NCBI GenBank assembly: GCA_033764315.1 | Contig: JANRJA010000021.1 | Coordinates: 1 to 30,436 of the forward strand | Direction: 5' to 3' | Length of the DNA stretch: 30,436 bases | Source of the DNA: Oculatellaceae cyanobacterium bins.114 | GTDB taxonomy: Bacteria > Cyanobacteriota > Cyanobacteriia > Elainellales > Elainellaceae | In this document: positions 8,487 to 15,864 of the stretch, piece by piece | Layout: each line of letters begins with the position of its first letter | How positions within the stretch are numbered: the first letter of the stretch is position 1 | Notes under the pieces: generated by a model | The model's database searches: none | Told to the model about the DNA's origin: nothing | Seen by the model: only the letters and a program-made list of their open reading frames with translations | Position numbers and translations under genes: made by a program

Positions 8487-9770
8487 TCAAAAGTTGAGAA
8501 ATGACTGCTTACTAAAGGTAAGTTGTGCTCCTTGCCCAACTCCACAAAACTGCTGTGCACGCTCGTAGTTAGAGGGTGGCGGAATTCGCACCGTCACTCG
8601 TGTAAGAGCTTGTGCTAACAGATCAGGGGGAATCACAGGCACCAAAGCTTGGACTTGAGTACGGCGATTTTGCTCTTCGTTAAGATTGACCCCGCTAATC
8701 GGCTGCATCAAATCAACTTCCCCGCTGATTGCCTCTGGATATCCAGCTAACTCGACCGTAACGGGTTTTTGCACGTCGATTTGGCTTGCTTCTTTGGCAC
8801 TGACAATGACCTCAACCCACAAATCTGAACAGTCTAACAGGGTCAGAATAGGTTCTGAGCGATTGACCTGCTCGTTGCTTTCTTGCTCAGTGTGATAGAC
8901 CACACCCGTCATCGGAGCCGTCACCTCTAAATCTTGGCGATCGCTATAGAGTGAGCGAGCTTGTTTGAGGCGTTGCTCAGCACTTAACACCTCTGTTTTC
9001 AGAGTTGCCATTTGAGCTGAATATATCTGAATTTGCTCTTTTAATTGAGCTGTGTCTTGAGTGAAGGTGTTATTTAATGAGGGATATTGACTCATAATCG
9101 TGCGCGATCGCGATGCCCCTACCTCTGTTTTTAAGGCTTGCACCGCTTCTTGGGCACGTCGCACTTCTGCCTCTGCCGATTGCCAAGTGGCACGCAATTC
9201 ATCTACCCGTTGGGCTGAAACGGCTCCCTCATTTAGCAATTGTTGATAACGTTCATAGGTTGTTCGAGCAGTCGTTGCCTCAGCGATCGCCCCATCTAAC
9301 ACGGCTTGCTGTTGCGACATGTCACTAGAGGTTAACGTTGTTTCAACAGCCCAAACCGACTCATGTCGATTTGCCAGGGAATTGAGTTGATCTTCTAAAA
9401 ATGTTTTTACTTCTGATGCAGCCTGGAGTTGATTTTTCTTGGCTTCGAGATCACTTTCTAATTGCAACAACGATTGCTCAGTGGTGTGATCAATATTGAC
9501 TCTAGCCAATACCTGTCCCGATTCAACTTGCACACCTGGGCGAGCGTAGAAATCACCGATATTGCCGTCTATGGGCGATCGCAGACGTACAATTCGACCA
9601 TTCACGACTCCCCCATCAAGAACGAGGTGAGTCAGACGATAACTAATCGAGCTAGCCCCAATCAGAACAGCAGTCACCCCCAAGCTAAGGAAGGCTGAGC
9701 CAATTACCAAACGTTGCCAGGGAATACGAATCGGTAGAGTTGTTAGCTCATTCAATTTTGGATTTTGCAT
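8487..9770 (-). CDS. HlyD/membrane-fusion family protein, Alg44-like but without PilZ domain
   Basis: One N-terminal TM, lipoyl half-motifs (LRSPIDG..V.SGQVLA; VTAPMTGVV), long coiled coil, C-terminal beta-barrel. ATG at 9770 preferred over 9851. Confidence 0.8.
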   Translation of the reverse strand: MQNPKLNELTTLPIRIPWQRLVIGSAFLSLGVTAVLIGASSISYRLTHLVLDGGVVNGRIVRLRSPIDGNIGDFYARPGVQVESGQVLARVNIDHTTEQSLLQLESDLEAKKNQLQAASEVKTFLEDQLNSLANRHESVWAVETTLTSSDMSQQQAVLDGAIAEATTARTTYERYQQLLNEGAVSAQRVDELRATWQSAEAEVRRAQEAVQALKTEVGASRSRTIMSQYPSLNNTFTQDTAQLKEQIQIYSAQMATLKTEVLSAEQRLKQARSLYSDRQDLEVTAPMTGVVYHTEQESNEQVNRSEPILTLLDCSDLWVEVIVSAKEASQIDVQKPVTVELAGYPEAISGEVDLMQPISGVNLNEEQNRRTQVQALVPVIPPDLLAQALTRVTVRIPPPSNYERAQQFCGVGQGAQLTFSKQSFLNF

Positions 9771-10900
9771 ACCAGTGCTCAAGAACGATGGACACAGATG
9801 AACCACAGATGGTTGTGATATTTGCCAACAAAATTGCCAAACAAACAACACGTCTAACCATGCAATGAGGCAAATATTGCATCAATATTTTTTGATGTCC
9901 AGGAAAACAACCTCTGCCGAGAAAATGTTCTTAATATGCTCAAAACATTTTTTACTGATTTGAACATATCCCCATATCTGGCATTTAGCTGATACTTAAA
10001 AAGTTAATTGACCAGCATAGAAAAAAATATAAAGTTTTTGCGAGGAAGGAATTTTTTGTATGAAGTTAATATGAAGTGATAAAATAAAAAAATAATTGTA
10101 AGACAATAAAAAACCGCAAACTTCTTGATTAACAAGGGTTTACGGTAAAAACTATTTTCAATAAAAAATATTGTTTTCTCTTTTAATTTTTTATATTTAA
10201 TTAGGAAAAATCCTATTTTTTCCTAATTTAGAATATAAATAAAAATTTAAATAAGCTGCCAAAAAATCTTATTTATATTCCATAAGTAACTGTGTAATAA
10301 AGATATCTAAGCTCATCTTGATGGGCGTAGTTTTCTCTAACTACTTAAAGTGACTGAAATCTTAATAATAAAAATTTTGATTTGGTTGTTTCCGAGGCTC
10401 TTGTGATTGCTGTAAAGAGTAATCCTCAATCGCCTTGGAGAATGATGAAAATGTTGAGGTCTACCTCTTATAACTGTTGTAACTGTGAAACAGGTGAGGA
10501 CAGATTCATTAGACCCAGTGCTGATTCATATTAAGAGTGAATAGTGAACCTTACTTGCGTCAAAGCTGTCGTATCAACTATCTCAAATTGGCTTGGATAT
10601 ACCTAGATTTAAATCTAGTGCTAAAGAAATACGTAATTGAAAATACCTAGTCAATAGTACTGATGAGGATCGTCATTCTTCGTCTGCCTCAAGGTATAAC
10701 TCTAAAATCGGAGCGCAGACCTAATCCAATTTTTTAGTCAAAAGAATTTTTCTAAAGTAATTTTTTTTAATCTCTAAAAAATTTATAGAAGTCCAAAAGT
10801 GCCTTAACCCTTTGATTTGCAAGACTTTTAAAATATTTCTATTTATCTCCAGACTCAAATCTTTAAATAAAAGATGCGTTTTAATTGAACCAGAAAACTT

Positions 10901-10944
10901 AAAAAACTCACTCCACAGAGTGATTTATTTCTGTAGAATGAGTT
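10901..10944 (-). terminator. Probable intrinsic terminator of the CDGSH-DoxX-DODA-GST operon
   Basis: 15-bp stem (10905-10919 / 10930-10944) whose two mismatches are G-U pairs on the minus-strand RNA, followed by a U run. Confidence 0.55.
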
Positions 10945-11088
10945 CTTTAGGTGTTTAGCCACATCAACTTTTGGGAGTATCAAAAACTTAAAGCTGTATA
11001 TTGCTATACTCTTTGCCAGAGCTGTGCTGAAGCACCTGGCACTCTTTATTTTTTGATTGGCCAGTAATACGATTAATGAATTTATGAT

Positions 11089-12093
11089 TCAGACGAGAAT
11101 AGGGTGAGTTGTGGCTGGAGACGCTGGAAAGTGCAGGTTGCGATCGTGAGGCGCATCAAAGGCGATCGCTGGACCCATTGGAATAATACGATTTGGGTTT
11201 AATTCTGCGACCCCTGCATAATACAACTGCTTGACGTGTGTTGCGTCACACATCTCCTTTACACCGGGCTGCTGATACAAGTCACGAAAATAGTTCCACA
11301 AATTAGGGTAGTCTACTAAGCGTCGCAAATTGCACTTAAACAGCCCATGATATGCCAAATCAAACCGAAATAAGGTGGTGAAGATGCACCAATCTGCTAG
11401 GGTAACTTGATCACCACAGAGATAGCGTTGTTGACTTAACACAGTCTCCCAATGATCTAGTGCTTGAAATAACTCTGTCACCGCTTCTTCATAAGCTGCT
11501 TGAGACTTAGCAAATCCAGACCGATATACTCCGTTATTAATGGGTTGATAAATGGCATCGATCGTCTGGTCGATTTGCTGTTGTAAATGTTTAGGATAGT
11601 AATCAACACTGGCATGAGTCGCATCCTCATTAAACTCGGCGTTAAACATGGTAATGATTTGCCGAGACTCATTGTTAACGATCGTGTTGGTGTGCTTATC
11701 CCACAAGACTGGAACGGTGACTCGTCCTGTATACGTTGGGTTAGCCTTGACATAAATTTGCCAGAGAAAGTCAGCGTTGTTGACGTCATCTCGAACACAA
11801 CCGGGGTTGTCAGAAAAGGCCCACCCTTGTTCTGAAATGATTGGATCAACAATCGATAGCCCAACGACAGGTTCTAAACCTTTGAGTTTCCACAATAGGG
11901 CAGTGCGGTGTGCCCAGGGGCAACCCAATGAAATGTAGAGGTGATAACGTCCTGCTTCGGCTTTAAAGCCACTTGAACCGTCGGCTGTTACCCAATTGCG
12001 GAACAAGGTGGGCATACGCTGAAATTGCCCTTTTTCATTATGTTCTGTCCAAGCGGTAGTCCATTGACCGTTAACAAGTTGACCCAGTGCCAT
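11089..12093 (-). CDS. yqjG: Glutathionyl-hydroquinone reductase (GST Xi/omega-like, YqjG/ECM4 family)
   Basis: GRYHLYISLGCPWAHRT, TVPVLWDK, IVNNES, INNGVYRSGFA. Confidence 0.93.
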   Translation of the reverse strand: MALGQLVNGQWTTAWTEHNEKGQFQRMPTLFRNWVTADGSSGFKAEAGRYHLYISLGCPWAHRTALLWKLKGLEPVVGLSIVDPIISEQGWAFSDNPGCVRDDVNNADFLWQIYVKANPTYTGRVTVPVLWDKHTNTIVNNESRQIITMFNAEFNEDATHASVDYYPKHLQQQIDQTIDAIYQPINNGVYRSGFAKSQAAYEEAVTELFQALDHWETVLSQQRYLCGDQVTLADWCIFTTLFRFDLAYHGLFKCNLRRLVDYPNLWNYFRDLYQQPGVKEMCDATHVKQLYYAGVAELNPNRIIPMGPAIAFDAPHDRNLHFPASPATTHPILV

Positions 12094-12103
12094 GTGTTTC
12101 CTT

Positions 12104-12209
12104 TAGGTGTTAATTGAGGGGAATAGGTGTTAATTGAGGGGGAGAGAGCAGAGAAAGGATAAAGCAGAAAGGATAAAGGATAAGGGATAAAGGATAAGGG
12201 ATAAAGGAT
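12104..12209. repeat. 18-bp direct repeat plus heptamer STRR array (AAAGGAT-type x8)
   Basis: TAGGTGTTAATTGAGGGG at 12104 and 12124. AAAGGAT/AAGGGAT/AAAGCAG units from 12154 to 12209. Confidence 0.85.
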
Positions 12210-12267
12210 AAAGAGCAAGCTTGTGATCCTATCATTCCACTCTCTCTGTCTTTACTGATTGCGGGTA

Positions 12268-13047
12268 CTACGCAAAGGCATAAGCTGCCATGCTCAAGAT
12301 TCCATAGGTAAAACTGGAGTGAAGCCGTGTGCTTTGTGGGTTGTCACCCCCTGCACCGAGTGCCACAAACAAGGGAAGTAAGTGCTCATCAGTGGGATGA
12401 TTTTGAGTGGCGTAGGGGGCTTGTTGGCGATAGTTGACTAATGCCTCTGTGTCATGGCGGGCGATCGCCTCTGCCAACCAGTTATCGAATGCTGTAACCC
12501 AATCGGGAGGAGGGTCATGTAGGTCATAAGCCCCAAACATGCGTAGGTTGTGTGTAGCAGCACCACTTGCCAAAATTAACACTCCTTCTTCGCGTAACTG
12601 GGTTAAAGCCTGTCCTAACAGCAGATGATGATGAGTTCCTAACCGGGGCTGAATCGAGAGTTGTGTAACGGGGATTGTTGCCTCTGGATACATCAACATC
12701 AACGGTTCCCAAGCACCATGATCAAGGCCGCGATCGCCATCTACCACAACCTTAAATGCGGGTGCTAATGCCTTACTCACCTGTTCAGCCAGTGCTGGTG
12801 CTCCGGGAGCACCGTATTTCATCTGGTATAAGACTGGAGAAAAACCGCCAAAATCGTGAATTGTAGAGACGTTTTGTGCACTGCTGATGGTAGGGGCTTG
12901 AGTGAGCCAATGAGCAGATATGACAAGAATGGCTTTTGGGGTTCCTAGTTGTGTTCCCAATTGTTTGAGAAAATCAACCGCAGGAACGGCTTGTAACAGT
13001 AGCTCAGGGGAGCCATGAGAAATGAAAATGGCAGGAAAAATAGTCAT
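12268..13047 (-). CDS. ygiD: DODA-type class III extradiol dioxygenase (YgiD/LigB family)
   Basis: FISHGSP, ISAHW, IHDFGGF, GLDHGAW, SGAATHNL, HPTDEHLLPL. Confidence 0.9.
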   Translation of the reverse strand: MTIFPAIFISHGSPELLLQAVPAVDFLKQLGTQLGTPKAILVISAHWLTQAPTISSAQNVSTIHDFGGFSPVLYQMKYGAPGAPALAEQVSKALAPAFKVVVDGDRGLDHGAWEPLMLMYPEATIPVTQLSIQPRLGTHHHLLLGQALTQLREEGVLILASGAATHNLRMFGAYDLHDPPPDWVTAFDNWLAEAIARHDTEALVNYRQQAPYATQNHPTDEHLLPLFVALGAGGDNPQSTRLHSSFTYGILSMAAYAFA

Positions 13048-13266
13048 AGGTAGGAGAACCTAATTAAACTCAATTGAGAATCCGGGTTGAGCAGAGTCGA
13101 AACCCGCTGCCAGCGAGATTTAGAGCGTTAAGTGGCTTGTCCTGAGCGGGTTGAATGGGAGTCGAAACGCATCTTACCGTTCATGACACCCACCTACTTG
13201 GAAACACACAACTATGAGAGAAAAAGGAGAGCGGCGATCGCTACGCTTGATCAAAAACTAACTCAA

Positions 13267-13728
13267 TTAACGGGTTCGGTCAGGCAAGAGTGCGATCGTA
13301 CCTGATCCATATTGAACAATCATGAGCAATCCACCTATGATTGCTAGATTTTTGAGAAACATGATTTGCTGGAGTTGATCACTCAAATTTGTGTGAAAAA
13401 TGAGGGTAGCAAGTGCGGTAAATCCAATCAAAGCGATCGCTCCCCAACGAGCTTGATATCCCAATAAAACCGACAGCCCTGCTCCAATTTCAAGAGCGAT
13501 CGCGGCTATTAAAAATAACCCTGTTAGGGGCATTCCTGCTGCTGCCATATAGTCTTGAGTTGCTGCCGGATGCAACACCTTATTGATCCCCGACACCAAA
13601 AAGAGAACCGATAACAAAATACGAGCAATCAGTGGAATGTAATTACGAGTGGCGTAAAGTCCGCGATCGCTTGGTTCAGGTCTGGACAAGATGTCAGCTG
13701 CTTCAGAATTAAGAATGCGAATTTTCAT
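13267..13728 (-). CDS. DoxX family membrane protein
   Basis: ARILLSVLFLVSGINK, LEIGAGL, FH, FLKNLAIIGGLL; four TMs. ATG at 13728 preferred; start uncertain. Confidence 0.9.
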   Translation of the reverse strand: MKIRILNSEAADILSRPEPSDRGLYATRNYIPLIARILLSVLFLVSGINKVLHPAATQDYMAAAGMPLTGLFLIAAIALEIGAGLSVLLGYQARWGAIALIGFTALATLIFHTNLSDQLQQIMFLKNLAIIGGLLMIVQYGSGTIALLPDRTR

Positions 13729-13761
13729 AGAAGTTTCCCCCACTGGTTTACTGATGATTTG

Positions 13762-13953
13762 CTATTGGTGAGTGTTTGTGTTTGCACTGCCACTGATCTC
13801 GACCGTAGCGGCAGTCGGTAACTCTAACGCTAGAGGCTGAAATTCGCTTCCTTTGTGAGATCCGTTGCAGTAAGGAGCATTGCTAGAGTGACCACAAGTA
13901 CAGAGCCAATGTGTGCCAGCATCCAATCGAACTGTGAACGTTGGTTGAGCCAT
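13762..13953 (-). CDS. CDGSH iron-sulfur domain protein (single domain)
   Basis: WLCTCGHSSNAPYCNGSH matches the CDGSH 3Cys-1His [2Fe-2S] motif. Confidence 0.88.
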   Translation of the reverse strand: MAQPTFTVRLDAGTHWLCTCGHSSNAPYCNGSHKGSEFQPLALELPTAATVEISGSANTNTHQ

Positions 13954-14154
13954 AGGATTAAGTGAGGAGAATCAGTTTGATCAAGAAATGTACTAACACG
14001 TACTTTCTGTTTATAGATATAGCATAAATTTGTTTGGAGTCAAACAGTTTAGTTAGGAATATTTGACATTTGATAGATATGACATTTGATAGACATTTGC
14101 CCCCGACTCGGCAGACCCGCCGCAATCGAGTTGTCTAAATGGACTGCAAAAGTT

Positions 14155-14200
14155 TTGACAGCTCAAAATTATCTGCGCTAGAATAGTACAGTCATACTAT
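14155..14200 (+). promoter_or_regulatory. Sigma70-type promoter with overlapping putative cyanobacterial LexA box
   Basis: TTGACA (14155-14160), 18 bp spacer, TAGAAT (14179-14184). AGTAC-AGTC-ATACT (14185-14198) lies inside the palindrome ATAGTA-N6-TACTAT. Confidence 0.55.
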
Positions 14201-14357
14201 CTACTCTATGCTGCTTTAGCTGTGTTCAACCCTGGAGCAACAGCTATGATGGTGTACTTTTGGCTCCCTTCCATTGACCTTAACAGTCGGAGGAGTGGCG
14301 GTTGAAACTACCAGAACAAAATCGGCCTTCGTCGGTTCAAAACCCTCAGTCCGCGTC

Positions 14358-14385
14358 GGACGTTCGGCGAAGCTCGGTCGAGCCG
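14358..14385 (+). repeat. 28-bp small dispersed repeat, copy A
   Basis: GGACGTTCGGCGAAGCTCGGTCGAGCCG; 25/28 identical to the reverse complement of 27115-27142. Confidence 0.75.
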
Positions 14386-14495
14386 CAGACTTCGTTCCAA
14401 TAGCCGCGAGTTCATTCGCCCGGTTCAGTCCCCTAACTACTAGATGCGCCCTTAGAACACTAAATCTACATTTGTTTTTGATATTTCCTTAGTCT

Positions 14496-14933
14496 ATGAA
14501 ACTCTCTGAGATTCTTCCTGAATTGACCGCTAAATTTGAGCCACATGAGCACAAAAAACGCCAAGTGCCGGGTGGGGCAGATTGGTATTTTGTTCCCTGG
14601 CAAACCGTTCGAGCACGGCTCAACCGCATCTGCCCAGAAGATTGGACCAATATTTACTCAGATCTCACCTTTACTGAAGGATATTGCATTATTGTATGCA
14701 CCTTGACCATTTGTAGTGTGAGTCATCAAGGCATTGGCTCAACCCCTATTGAAATGCTGAGTCAGGAAGGCAAAAACGTTGCTTATGGCGATCCGATTGA
14801 GCGAGCAACAGCGGATGCATTTAAGAATGCAGCGGAACAATTTGGCATTGCTGCCTATTTAGATGCTCAAAGTAATCCGATGAAAAAGAAGGCATTTGTT
14901 GAATATGTCAGTGGTCGCAGTAGAGCGGCTTAG
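14496..14933 (+). CDS. Rad52/Rad22-family ssDNA-annealing protein
   Basis: YFVPWQTVRARLNRICP..W, beta hairpin with QGIG, YGDPIERATADAFKNAAEQFGIAAYL: Rad52-like annealing-domain signature. Confidence 0.75.
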   Translation: MKLSEILPELTAKFEPHEHKKRQVPGGADWYFVPWQTVRARLNRICPEDWTNIYSDLTFTEGYCIIVCTLTICSVSHQGIGSTPIEMLSQEGKNVAYGDPIERATADAFKNAAEQFGIAAYLDAQSNPMKKKAFVEYVSGRSRAA

Positions 14934-14986
14934 ACGAAATCCTACTGAAGTACCAGGTTAGGGTTCAGTGATTTTGGCAGTGACCG

Positions 14987-15769
14987 TTAGGCAGTAAGCA
15001 CTTCATCTTTTAGATCACCAATAAACATATGTCCCGGTGCATGGGTAATGGCAAATTCGGGCTTTGCTTGGTCAATCGCGATTTGAGTTGTAACGCCACA
15101 AGCCCAAAAAACAGGGACTTCATCATCACCCAGCGTAACCGCGTCTCCATAGTCTGGACGAGACAAATCATCAATCCCAATTTTGTCTGGGTCGCTAATA
15201 TGAATTGGAGCTCCATGAGCTTTGTGATAACGCGCTGTTACTTCTACAGCTCGAACAACCTGGCGCACCGGAAGAGGACGCATAGAAACCACTAAAGAGC
15301 TAGAAAAAGTGCGGCTAGAAAAGCAGTCAATGGTTGTCTTATACATGGGTACATTCTTCTTCTCCTCAATATGGCGCACAGGTAAACCTGCGTTCAACAA
15401 AGCGTTCTCGAATGAAAAAGAACAACCAATCAGAAACGTAACGAGATCGTCTCGCCAAAGCGGTCGAATATCAGTTGTTTCCTCAACCAGTTCACCCTGA
15501 CGAAAAACGTTGTAGCGGGGTAAATCTGTTCTAATATCAGCACCGGGAGCCAACCATTTAGGCTCAAACTCTCCTGCATCTATCACATCAAGAACTGGGC
15601 AGGGTTTAGGATTGCGCTGGCAAAACAGCAAAAATTCAAATGCTAATGGGTACGGCAATATTACTAAATTAGCTTGAACGTATCCTGGTGCAAGCCCTGA
15701 TGTAGGAGTTGTTAACTGATTCGAGCGACAACGCTGACGAATCTCGGCAGGAAGCATAGAAACTGACAT
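14987..15769 (-). CDS. DUF1445/UPF0317 putative hydro-lyase (D-glutamate cyclase-like, YcsI family)
   Basis: PTSGLAPGYVQANL, FCQRNPKPCP, DIRTDLPRY, GCSFSFE, VPVFWACGVT, ITHAPGHM. ATG at 15769. Confidence 0.9.
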   Translation of the reverse strand: MSVSMLPAEIRQRCRSNQLTTPTSGLAPGYVQANLVILPYPLAFEFLLFCQRNPKPCPVLDVIDAGEFEPKWLAPGADIRTDLPRYNVFRQGELVEETTDIRPLWRDDLVTFLIGCSFSFENALLNAGLPVRHIEEKKNVPMYKTTIDCFSSRTFSSSLVVSMRPLPVRQVVRAVEVTARYHKAHGAPIHISDPDKIGIDDLSRPDYGDAVTLGDDEVPVFWACGVTTQIAIDQAKPEFAITHAPGHMFIGDLKDEVLTA

Positions 15770-15864
15770 GATTGATTCTCCCAGTACAGCCACACGTAAT
15801 ACCGCTACAAGTTCTTAATCTGTTAATTCAAGCTGGTCTTGAACCATCTTATTTATGGCACTTG

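Noticed and set aside
10660..10700. CTGATGAG hammerhead-like core
   Set aside because: No GAAA follows the putative stem II.
9771..11088. c-di-GMP riboswitch upstream of the alg-like cluster
   Set aside because: No GEMM-type conserved motifs found by eye on the minus strand; an Rfam scan would be decisive.
11988..12218. 76-aa ORF with YPLSF repeats
   Set aside because: It is a translation of the heptamer repeat and overlaps the GST start.
14274..14492. 72-aa ORF upstream of the Rad52-like gene
   Set aside because: TTG start and made mostly of repeat DNA.
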